From Candidatus Omnitrophota bacterium (GTDB lineage: Bacteria > Omnitrophota > Gorgyraeia > Zapsychrales > Zapsychraceae): a stretch of 64,000 bases of DNA. This document shows positions 9,388 through 17,008 of this stretch, piece by piece. The position numbers were made by a program, and so were the translations under genes. The notes below the pieces were generated by a model. It saw nothing but the letters and a program-made list of their open reading frames with translations. It was not told the DNA's origin and made no database searches. Where the stretch lies: positions 3,338 to 67,337 of the forward strand of contig JAGQKV010000008.1 in NCBI GenBank assembly GCA_020429915.1, in the 5' to 3' direction. Each line of letters begins with the position of its first letter. The first letter of the stretch is position 1.

Positions 9388-9506
9388 GAGGTCCGGCGGA
9401 CGGACCGTTACCGTCCCATATAATTGCTGTCACTTTTCACCGGCATATCACTTCAAAGTATTTTTAAAACTTTCCTCACCCGGCGATATTTCAGGGCCAT
9501 CATCCG

Positions 9507-10442
9507 CTAGTCATCATCCTCTGTCGTACTGAATAAAGCCCAGATCGGCCGGTGATCCGACACTGCCAGTTTGGCGCGGTTGTCGTCGTTGCCGAACATG
9601 GTTTCGTCGAAATTCCACACGCCGACCTGGCCGGTGTACTCGCGGACGTAGCGGGTCTCGAACCAGAAATTGTCGTAGAGACTCGTATCGGTGACGGTGG
9701 TGCGGACCGGATCGTTCAGCAAGGCCGTCATCGTGGGCAGGCGGTTCAGGTTCGACCAGCCGCGGTCGTCGGGCCCGAAATTGAAGTCGCCTAACAGGAT
9801 GATATCCTGTTCGCCGGCATCGGCGTTTTGCGCGTATTCATAGACCTTGGCGAGGTGTTCCAGTTCGGGACGGCGCTCGGATTCGCTTTTACCGTAAAGC
9901 AGGTGAATGGTCAGCAGGGTGAAGTCAAAGGCCCCGGCGCGGAAGGAAGCGAAATAGGGTTCGCGGATGAACTCGTCGCGCTCATCCGGATACAGCTGTC
10001 CGGGCGTTGTCTGGGCGACCTTGTCGGCACGGTAGAGAAAGGCGTAGCGTTCCTTGACCCCGCGGCCGACCGGCGCGCTGATGTCGTAGGCGGCCGGATA
10101 ACCGCGGCGTTCAAGCAGGGCCACGGTGCGGCGCAGGACGTCTTCGTCGCGCAGTTCCTGGATGGCGGTTATGTCGCACGGTTCGAGCAGATTTGTGATA
10201 TAATCCAGCTCGTTGTCGTCGCGGCTCTTATTGGAGAAGACGCGGATGTTGAAGGAACACACCCGCAGGTCGTCGCCGCCCGCCATGGCGGTGACAGGCG
10301 CGGGCGCCGAAGCGGTCCGTTGTTCCAGAAAGCGCTCGATATCCGCGCGCGGCGCAAAGGCCAGACCGATGGCGGCAATCAGCGCCAACAGCAATAAGGC
10401 GTCGGTCAGTCGGGATGATTTCGGTTTGGGACGACGGGGCAT
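9507..10442 (-). CDS. secreted endonuclease/exonuclease/phosphatase (EEP, DNase I-like) family protein
   Basis: Signal peptide or TM at the N-terminus. EEP catalytic motifs include LRVCSFNIR, ILLGDFN and the C-terminal SDHRPIWA. Confidence 0.65.
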   Translation of the reverse strand: MPRRPKPKSSRLTDALLLLALIAAIGLAFAPRADIERFLEQRTASAPAPVTAMAGGDDLRVCSFNIRVFSNKSRDDNELDYITNLLEPCDITAIQELRDEDVLRRTVALLERRGYPAAYDISAPVGRGVKERYAFLYRADKVAQTTPGQLYPDERDEFIREPYFASFRAGAFDFTLLTIHLLYGKSESERRPELEHLAKVYEYAQNADAGEQDIILLGDFNFGPDDRGWSNLNRLPTMTALLNDPVRTTVTDTSLYDNFWFETRYVREYTGQVGVWNFDETMFGNDDNRAKLAVSDHRPIWALFSTTEDDD

Positions 10443-10512
10443 GGTGCTTTTTATTGTAAGTTACGTAAGGCATGAAGGAAGGAAAAAGGTGATTATTTTG
10501 ACTATCCGCTTG

Positions 10513-10659
10513 GGTGCTGAGTGATGTGTGATGAGTGCTGATCGCGGGGGACGAACTGACATATTTGCCGATACACCGAATACGACCATCACCCATCACC
10601 GCATGGACTGCTTGAGTACATCACTCATCACCCTTAAATCCAATCATCACACCCGGAGG
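10513..10659. repeat. heptamer-periodic hairpin element, copy 6 (GTGATG type)
   Basis: Left arm GGTGCTGAGTGATGTGTGATGAGTGCTGAT, right arm CCGAATACGACCATCACCCATCACC. Then ACATCACTCATCACCC and ATCATCACACCCGGAGG precede the ATG at 10665. Confidence 0.7.
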
Positions 10660-10664
10660 AAAAT

Positions 10665-11027
10665 ATGAAATACATCGACGGCTTTCTAATCCCCGTCCCC
10701 AAAAAGAAACTGGACGAATACAAAAAACTCGCTCGCAAGGCGGGGAAGATCTGGATGGAATATGGCGCGCTGGATTATGTGGAATGTGTTGCCGACGACG
10801 TGAAGAAGGGGAAATGGACGTCGTTCCCGCAGGCGGTCAAACAGAAGGACGGCGAGACCGTTGTCTTTTCCTATATCATCTACAAATCCCGCGCCCACCG
10901 TGACCGGGTTAATAAAAAGGTCATGGCCGACCCGCGCCTGATGGCGATGTGCGACCCCGGCAACATGCCCTTCGACGGCAAGCGAATGATGTGGGGGGGA
11001 TTTAAGTCGATGGTGGATATGGCGTGA
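10665..11027 (+). CDS. DUF1428-like small protein
   Basis: About 120 aa. N-terminus MKYIDGFLIPVPKKKLDEYKK resembles DUF1428 (YbaA-like) proteins. Assignment is from memory only. Confidence 0.45.
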   Translation: MKYIDGFLIPVPKKKLDEYKKLARKAGKIWMEYGALDYVECVADDVKKGKWTSFPQAVKQKDGETVVFSYIIYKSRAHRDRVNKKVMADPRLMAMCDPGNMPFDGKRMMWGGFKSMVDMA

Positions 11028-11030
11028 TAA

Positions 11031-11195
11031 GGGATGAGTGATGTGTGATGAGTGATGATCGCAGGAAGCGCTGGTCACAGGGAGTGTTGGTCGCAGGGAG
11101 TGTTGCTCGTGGGAAGTACTGGTCAAATGTACCGAATACGATCATCACTCACCACTTCATACACTTCCTGACGACATCACTCACCACCCGGGAGA
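11031..11195. repeat. heptamer-periodic hairpin element, copy 7 (GTGATG type)
   Basis: Left arm GGGATGAGTGATGTGTGATGAGTGATGAT, right arm ACCGAATACGATCATCACTCACCAC. Loop holds the 16-nt direct repeat GTC(A/G)CAGGGAGTGTTG. Downstream GACATCACTCACCACCCGGGAG precedes the ATG at 11200. Confidence 0.7.
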
Positions 11196-11199
11196 ATAA

Positions 11200-11763
11200 A
11201 TGAGAAAACCAATATTACCGATAACCGCTATCCTGATCCTCCTCGCGCACACGCACGCCCGCGCGCAAGTCGCCATTACAACAGTCCCCACCCAACCACC
11301 TTCCGGGCAAACCGACGGGCAGCATCAGGTGAAACGCAATTTCTCGCACCGCGACCTGCCGCCCTTGAATCTCGATATGTTCGCGCTGAGCACGCAGACC
11401 GGCGGAGAGTTTTACTTTTGGGGGGAAGGCGAGTTCGGTTCCGAGGCGGCGAGCAAGGTGATCGCCGAATCGGTCCTGTCGACACAGACGCTCCTCTATA
11501 AGTACGGGGATATCGACGGGACATGCGAGATCCCGTTTTACGTGGAGAAGTACAAGTACCACTTTACCTTCTTCACCGGTATTCAATCCAAAGACCGTAT
11601 CGAATTCATCCAACCCGACGGCAGGGTCCTCAAGGACGGCGAAGGCGTGATCGTTTATCCCTTTCAACGTATGCTCATCGCCACGGTCAACGCGCCGCAG
11701 GCGGGGGAGTGGACCATCCGACTGTCGGGCAGGGGGAAGTATTTGGTTTCAGTGAGAAAGTGA
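11200..11763 (+). CDS. hypothetical secreted protein
   Basis: Signal peptide MRKPILPITAILILLAHTHARA. Confidence 0.5.
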   Translation: MRKPILPITAILILLAHTHARAQVAITTVPTQPPSGQTDGQHQVKRNFSHRDLPPLNLDMFALSTQTGGEFYFWGEGEFGSEAASKVIAESVLSTQTLLYKYGDIDGTCEIPFYVEKYKYHFTFFTGIQSKDRIEFIQPDGRVLKDGEGVIVYPFQRMLIATVNAPQAGEWTIRLSGRGKYLVSVRK

Positions 11764-11777
11764 ACTTCAAGGGGCGA

Positions 11778-11887
11778 GAGTCGGGATACGTGATACGGGA
11801 TATGTGATACGAACAGTCTGCCGTCAGGAATATTTACGGAGTTTACCTAAGAACTTGGCCCAACGGGCCGTCAACGTATCCCGACTG
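11778..11887. repeat. heptamer-periodic hairpin element, copy 8 (GTGATAC type)
   Basis: Left arm GAGTCGGGATACGTGATACGGGATATGTGATACG (four 7-bp units), right arm CGTATCCCGACTG. Loop contains TTGGCCCAACGGGCC, shared with copy 4. Confidence 0.65.
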
Positions 11888-11918
11888 GCCATCCTATCGC
11901 TCCTGAAAGGTTTTAACA

Positions 11919-12923
11919 TTGGTGTTATTGATTGTTAATATTATCATCGCCCTCGTCCTCGCCGGCGGTTGGCTGTTCATGCTGCTGATCCCCGTCGGTA
12001 TCTGCGCGCAGACTGAGGAGCCGATGGATCTGAAAGATTTTAAGCCGCACGTCTTTCGTTGTCCGAAATGCGCCAAGGAATGGGCGCCGCTGCGGCTGCT
12101 CAAACACGTGACCTTTGATCACAAGGAACGCATTGAACGCAAGGTGATCCCGCGGATCGCGGACTGCAACGAATGCGGTGGCCGCGGGGTCGTCTCCGGC
12201 GGAATGACGTCCATGCCGCACGCGTTCGAGTTCGACCGGGAGATGCCCGTGCAAACCACGGTCGGCTGTTCGGTGTGCGGCGGGTCGGGCCGGGTGCCGC
12301 ATCCCGACGGCGATGAAGTGCGGGTGCGGAAGATCCGTTCCTGCAAACACCGCTATACCTATCAATGTCTGTCCTGCACCGGGAAGTTCGACAGTGAATA
12401 CCGGGTGAATTGGCACAAACCGAAACCGTCCAAGCCGCATGATTCGACTTACGACGGCGTCATTCAGATGGGCATGGCCCGGGGGATGGCCGGTGTTACG
12501 GCCCTGGTGTTCGGAGCGGCACTGTATACGGTTATCCGCACGGCGATGTCCACGTATCCGGAATATCCGTTGAAAGAAGATATGATGTGGGCCCTGAATC
12601 GGCTCCTGTTCAAGGGGGCGGGCGTGACGCTGTTGGCGATTCCCGGCGGAGCGCTGTTCGGATTGGTGTGCGGTGTGATCAATCTGCCGCTGGCCCGGTT
12701 TTTGAAACGCAAAGGATTGCCAAACGCGCTGGTCTGCGGTACAGTGGCGGGTACGGGATTGCTGGCCGCTGCCGATGCGTTTTTTCTCACTGGGCAGGTC
12801 CCGGTGTACGCTGCGGATCCCCAGGGCTGGGTGACTGCCTACGGAACCGCCGCCGCCCTGGCCGCGACGGCCTTGCTGTTGGGGCAGGGAGTGTGGGCTC
12901 TGGCGCAGAGATGGAATTTATAA
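11919..12923 (+). CDS. hypothetical membrane protein with three zinc-ribbon-like CxxC pairs
   Basis: TTG (11919) or GTG (11922) start. N-terminal TM, then CPKC/CNEC/CSVC/CLSC pairs, then about four C-terminal transmembrane helices. Confidence 0.45.
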   Translation: MVLLIVNIIIALVLAGGWLFMLLIPVGICAQTEEPMDLKDFKPHVFRCPKCAKEWAPLRLLKHVTFDHKERIERKVIPRIADCNECGGRGVVSGGMTSMPHAFEFDREMPVQTTVGCSVCGGSGRVPHPDGDEVRVRKIRSCKHRYTYQCLSCTGKFDSEYRVNWHKPKPSKPHDSTYDGVIQMGMARGMAGVTALVFGAALYTVIRTAMSTYPEYPLKEDMMWALNRLLFKGAGVTLLAIPGGALFGLVCGVINLPLARFLKRKGLPNALVCGTVAGTGLLAAADAFFLTGQVPVYAADPQGWVTAYGTAAALAATALLLGQGVWALAQRWNL

Positions 12924-12924
12924 G

Positions 12925-13028
12925 TGATGTGTGATGAGTGGTCCCTCGACTCCGCTCGGGATTGAACTTGCCGATCATTGCAGATGGTGAGCGAAGTCGA
13001 ACTATGAGGGGTGATCGTATTCGGTGCG
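12925..13028. repeat. heptamer-periodic hairpin element, copy 9 (GTGATG type, right arm inverted)
   Basis: Left arm GTGATGTGTGATGAGTGG. The distal arm GGTGATCGTATTCGGTG is the reverse complement of the CACCGAATACGATCACC motif seen in copies 6 and 7. Confidence 0.55.
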
Positions 13029-13048
13029 TCGGCTTCCTAAAAAGAACT

Positions 13049-13058
13049 TGTATAATTT
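13049..13058 (+). promoter_or_regulatory. candidate extended -10 element (TTGTATAAT) upstream of the hydrolase gene
   Basis: TG directly 5' of TATAAT. No good -35 element. Confidence 0.25.
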
Positions 13059-13110
13059 TCCAGCGAACAGCACTCAACCCTCACGCACGACTTGGCCGCA
13101 TCACCCCAGG

Positions 13111-13944
13111 ATGAAGATGAAGCAAACAGTATTCCCGATAAGCGTTATCCTATCCACCGCTATGCTTACCGGTTGCGCCTCACTCAATCCGGTTGCAAAC
13201 TTGGAGTACGGGCTGATCTATATTCCTTCCCGGGAGATGAAGGCGGATCCGCAGAGCGCGGGACTCGCGTACGAAGATGTCTATCTGAAGACGGCCGACG
13301 GGGTGCGGCTCAACGGCTGGTTTCTCAAGGGGCGCGGCGACACGGCGACCATGCTGTTTTTTCACGGCAATGCCGGAAATATCTCGCACCGGATGGAGCG
13401 GCTCGCGCTCTTTCGCGATATGGGTTTGAATGTGTTCATCATCGATTACCGCGGCTACGGCCGCAGCAAGGGCCGGCCAACCGAAGAGGGGCTGTATCTT
13501 GACGGATTCGCCGCCTATGATTACCTGCTCAAACGGGACGATGTCGATCCCGACCGGATCATCGTCTACGGCGCGTCACTGGGCGGGGCGGTGGCCGTGG
13601 AGGTCGCGGCCAAGCGGCCGGTGGCCGGACTGATCGTGGAGGCTTCGTTCACGTCCATCCCGGATGTGGCCAAGCTCCACGTGCCGTGGGTGCCGCGGTC
13701 GTGGATCGGGACACGGATGGATTCCCTCACCAAGATCCGCGCCATCGAGGCGCCGAAGCTGATCCTGCACAGCTCCGACGACGAGGTCATCCCGTACCGG
13801 ATGGCGGAAAGCCTGTTTCGCGCCGCGCCGGAACCGAAATCTTTTATCCCACTGAACGGCAATCACGCCTACGCCTGGCAAACGTCCGGCGACCGTTTTG
13901 TGAAGGGGATCGAAGCCTTTTTGATCTTTCACCGGTTTATGTAA
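13111..13944 (+). CDS. alpha/beta hydrolase (BAAT/ABHD-like) lipoprotein
   Basis: Start at MKMKQTV preceded by CATCACCCCAGG. Lipobox LTGC. HGNAGN oxyanion region and the GASLGG nucleophile elbow. Confidence 0.65.
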   Translation: MKMKQTVFPISVILSTAMLTGCASLNPVANLEYGLIYIPSREMKADPQSAGLAYEDVYLKTADGVRLNGWFLKGRGDTATMLFFHGNAGNISHRMERLALFRDMGLNVFIIDYRGYGRSKGRPTEEGLYLDGFAAYDYLLKRDDVDPDRIIVYGASLGGAVAVEVAAKRPVAGLIVEASFTSIPDVAKLHVPWVPRSWIGTRMDSLTKIRAIEAPKLILHSSDDEVIPYRMAESLFRAAPEPKSFIPLNGNHAYAWQTSGDRFVKGIEAFLIFHRFM

Positions 13945-13969
13945 ATCCGTTTAACGAAGCAGCAGACTT

Positions 13970-15118
13970 ATGCGCGTTGTCATTCTTACCACCATAGCCA
14001 ATCACGCGGTTTATTACGCGACGCTGGCCGATTATTTCAACGCGAACGGCGGCGCGGTCACCTTTCTGGGCCCGGCGCCCATGTTGACCACCATCCGCGG
14101 ACTGACCGGCGGCGGGGGGCACGCATTTGTCGAGGCCGACGAGGGCAGGCGGGTGCCGGAGATTATTCGCGGTCACCGGGATGAGATCGGCACGCACGAC
14201 GCGGCCTTTTTTGATGAGGGTTTCGGCCGGCCGGAACATTATTTCCGAGCGCTGCAAACCGTGTCGGCGCGCGTCCTCAAAATCCAGACCGTTCACAATG
14301 TGAATACCCAGCTGCAGCCGCGTTATTATTTGAATTGGGATAATTTCCGCGACAATACCTTTCGCAAACGCAGCATGGGAATGATGGGCGCGCTGTTGGT
14401 GTGCAGTCCGGTGCTGAAGGAATACATCCGTGCGCAGACAAACTACGGTGGCGCAGTGTTCAGCATTCCGTTTTTGCGGCCGCAGGAGGCCCCGGACGAG
14501 GAACCGGTCAACGGCCGCGTCACCTTTGCCGTACCCGGTGGCATCGATACCAAGCGCCGCCACTATAATCTGGTCCTCGACGCCTTTGTCGACTTGTGGC
14601 GAGATGACGTCCCGGCCAATCTCAAGTTCATCGGCCAGGCCGGCTCCGAGGAGTCGGACCGGCGGATAGTCACGCGATGCCGGGAGCTCGGCGCGCAATT
14701 CACCGACGGACGGCTGCGCTATTTCGAACGACGGCTGACCGACGCGGAATTCGATGCTGAGATGCGCTCCACCGACGTGATCCTCGCCAATCTGGAGGCC
14801 TCTTACGAGATGTCCGGGACCCGCGAGTTGTACGGGCGCACCAAGGAATCCGGCATCACTTATCACATGCTGAATTACGCCAAACCCGCGCTGGTGCCCC
14901 GCAACCTGGTGCTGATGCCCCGGCTGGAACGTCAGGTCGCCACGTATACGAATGTTGCCGATTTCACCGCGGCGGCCCGCGCGCTGACCGGCGGGAACGG
15001 CCGGCTGCGGGAACGGATCGCCTGCGCCCGCGAAAACGCGCAGTACTACCGGGAATACTTCGACGCCGAATTCGCCGCCTTGGCGCAATGGATGACGGAC
15101 GGTAACGGTCGCGCGTAA
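13970..15118 (+). CDS. hypothetical protein; GT-B (GT4-like) glycosyltransferase candidate
   Basis: C-terminal half has a GT4-like pattern (RVTFAVPGGIDTKRR...KFIGQAG...STDVILANLE). The antisense ORF 13937-15088 is low-complexity Arg/Gly-rich and was treated as a shadow ORF. Confidence 0.4.
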   Translation: MRVVILTTIANHAVYYATLADYFNANGGAVTFLGPAPMLTTIRGLTGGGGHAFVEADEGRRVPEIIRGHRDEIGTHDAAFFDEGFGRPEHYFRALQTVSARVLKIQTVHNVNTQLQPRYYLNWDNFRDNTFRKRSMGMMGALLVCSPVLKEYIRAQTNYGGAVFSIPFLRPQEAPDEEPVNGRVTFAVPGGIDTKRRHYNLVLDAFVDLWRDDVPANLKFIGQAGSEESDRRIVTRCRELGAQFTDGRLRYFERRLTDAEFDAEMRSTDVILANLEASYEMSGTRELYGRTKESGITYHMLNYAKPALVPRNLVLMPRLERQVATYTNVADFTAAARALTGGNGRLRERIACARENAQYYREYFDAEFAALAQWMTDGNGRA

Positions 15119-15351
15119 AGGGGTTACGGTTTTATGATTCTAACGTCAGAACCTGCTCATTACGAATTTTGATGCCGGAACTTCGCGATCACCTCACCGA
15201 CGCACACATAAGGAGAGCGTCCTGAAGAAAATCAAAACAATTATTATTATCCTACTGATCCTCGGATTTCTCCTTGTCCTGGGATCTCAACTGGTGATTA
15301 TTTGTCAGAATTTTGGTTTAATTAAAGTACTACGGAAAGAAACACGGACGA

Positions 15352-15912
15352 ATGAGTGAACGATTAACAGCTATCAGCAAATATCTCAGCTTCGTGCTCA
15401 GGCACAAGCCGCAGGCGATCGGACTTAAACTGGACGCCAACGGTTGGGCGCGGGTCGATGAATTGATCACCTGCGCGGCGCGGGACGGCCGGAAACTCAC
15501 CCCGGAGCTGATCGCCGCGGTGGTGGCGACCGACCCCAAGCAGCGCTACGCGTTCAGCGAAGACGGCGCGCGTATCCGCGCCAATCAGGGCCACTCGGTC
15601 GACGTGGATTTGCAGCTGAAAGAGGAGGAACCGCCCGCGGTCCTGTTTCACGGGACCGCGCGGGCTTCGCTTGAGGCGATTTTAGTGCACGGCTTAAAAC
15701 CGATGCAACGGCATCACGTTCATCTCTCCGTGGACGAATCCACGGCATACGCGGTCGGCCGGCGTTACGGAGAGCCGGTAATCCTGCGCGTCGACTGCGC
15801 GGCCATGCGCGCGGACGGTCACGTCTTTTTCAGGTCCGAAAACGGTGTTTGGCTGACGGATACGGTCCCGGCAAAATTTCTCGCGATTGCCGGGGACAGA
15901 ACGGGAAGCTAG
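15352..15912 (+). CDS. kptA: RNA 2'-phosphotransferase (Tpt1/KptA family)
   Basis: Collinear similarity to E. coli KptA: SKYLSFVLRHKP, HGT, RHHVHLS, ENGVWLT. Confidence 0.8.
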   Translation: MSERLTAISKYLSFVLRHKPQAIGLKLDANGWARVDELITCAARDGRKLTPELIAAVVATDPKQRYAFSEDGARIRANQGHSVDVDLQLKEEEPPAVLFHGTARASLEAILVHGLKPMQRHHVHLSVDESTAYAVGRRYGEPVILRVDCAAMRADGHVFFRSENGVWLTDTVPAKFLAIAGDRTGS

Positions 15913-15929
15913 CAGGAGAGCGGCGGCTT

Positions 15930-16349
15930 ATGATCATCCGGGTCCTTATCCGTGAGGCGTGGTGGAAAGTACTGCTGTTAACGTTGTTGTACGCGTGGTT
16001 AAGCGTGGTCAATCACTGGTTCGGCACGTCTTTTTTTATCGCGATCGCCTACGGGATCATCCTCGGACGGATCGTGCCGCGCGCCTTATATCAGGCACAG
16101 GTCCCGATCTCCCGAAGGTATCAGCTCACGGCAGTCGTGACGACGCTGATCGGCCTCTATTTTCATTTCGCCTTTTTCTGTTCCTTCAAGTATCTGGAAA
16201 CGCTGCTGTTTCCCTGGCAGATCTGGGTGGCGCTGCAGGCCATTGCGCAACAGGGAGCCGCCGCGAGCGGTTACTACACGCAGTGGCTCATCGAGTCCGC
16301 CGCGGCCGTAATCAGCACGGCTGTCACGGTCCAGCTGATAGATCACTGA
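15930..16349 (+). CDS. hypothetical membrane protein
   Basis: Start at MIIRVLI with AGGAGAG RBS. Three or four transmembrane helices. Confidence 0.45.
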   Translation: MIIRVLIREAWWKVLLLTLLYAWLSVVNHWFGTSFFIAIAYGIILGRIVPRALYQAQVPISRRYQLTAVVTTLIGLYFHFAFFCSFKYLETLLFPWQIWVALQAIAQQGAAASGYYTQWLIESAAAVISTAVTVQLIDH

Positions 16350-16381
16350 ACCGCTGTTCGTTCGGGGAGGCCGGTCGCGGT

Positions 16382-16410
16382 TTGCAATTCTCTGCCCGGA
16401 ACCCTATAAT
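16382..16410 (+). promoter_or_regulatory. sigma70-type promoter: TTGCAA (16382-16387), 17-nt spacer, TATAAT (16405-16410)
   Basis: Near-consensus hexamers with optimal spacing, read directly. The -10 overlaps the first ATG (16409). The second in-frame ATG (16418) sits at the expected transcription start, which would give a leaderless mRNA. Confidence 0.5.
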
Positions 16411-16999
16411 GACAATCATGCGATACAGCTCACAAAGGAATCCGTTGCGACTGCGAACCGCGCTCATCTTCATCACCGGCCTCTGTCTGCTCTGCCTCGG
16501 CGGCTGCGGGGGAAAGAAAGAAAAGGGACCGCCAACGGACGGCTGGAAGATCATCCTGAAGGACGGTAAACAATCCTTGGAATACCGGCTGTCGGTCATG
16601 AATGTCTATGTCACCGATCCGGTGGCGGCCGCAGAGTATCCGGAGGCGTTCGAGATCTTCGGGGAAAACGTGCATCTGCTGGGGACCTTTCCGCTGGAGA
16701 CCCGCATCGGATTCGATTCCAATATCGACGTCCTGTTAAATACACCGATCACCATCAAGATGCAGATGATGAACGCGCGGGACTACAAGATCGAGAACTC
16801 CTTTTCTTCAATCATCTTAGACGGCGCCGACCGGAAATACGTCAAAGGAGAAATAATTTTTCGCCAGCGCACCGGCAAGACCACCGGCCGCGACGGCGAT
16901 ATCACCCTCACCGGTGAAATCACCCTCGAAATCGGCACCGGCGCCGACCGCAAGACCCTCACCGGCACCATTAGTGTGCATCCTGTCGCCTGGGGATAG
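16409..16999 (+). CDS. hypothetical lipoprotein (alternative leaderless start at 16418)
   Basis: Signal peptide plus lipobox (LCLLCLGGCGG). Confidence 0.5.
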   Translation: MTIMRYSSQRNPLRLRTALIFITGLCLLCLGGCGGKKEKGPPTDGWKIILKDGKQSLEYRLSVMNVYVTDPVAAAEYPEAFEIFGENVHLLGTFPLETRIGFDSNIDVLLNTPITIKMQMMNARDYKIENSFSSIILDGADRKYVKGEIIFRQRTGKTTGRDGDITLTGEITLEIGTGADRKTLTGTISVHPVAWG

Positions 17000-17008
17000 G
17001 CGGCTCCC

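Noticed and set aside
9387-9507. Bidirectional terminator between the convergent GT39-like and EEP nuclease genes
   Set aside because: A GGTCCG/CGGACC hairpin is present, but it is not followed by a U-run on either strand, so the evidence is too weak to call.
2226-13028. Canonical integron attC sites
   Set aside because: I looked in each element for an R'' box (RYYYAAC) at the gene-proximal end and an R' box (GTTRRRY) at the distal end, in the gene orientation. None of the GTGATG-type copies shows this. Only the GTGATT/GTGATAC copies contain GCCCAAC / GTTGGGA-like heptamers, and these are in the wrong relative order on the top strand. The elements are therefore reported as a distinct hairpin family, not as attC.
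2226-13028. CRISPR array
   Set aside because: The repeats are imperfect palindromes of variable length with large genes between them. They are not short identical direct repeats separated by 25-40 bp spacers, and no cas genes are present.
13937-15088. 383-aa antisense ORF opposite the 13970-15118 gene
   Set aside because: Its translation is low-complexity Arg/Gly/Ala/Pro-rich, typical of shadow ORFs in high-GC DNA. The + strand product has glycosyltransferase-like motifs and continues the gene orientation of the region.
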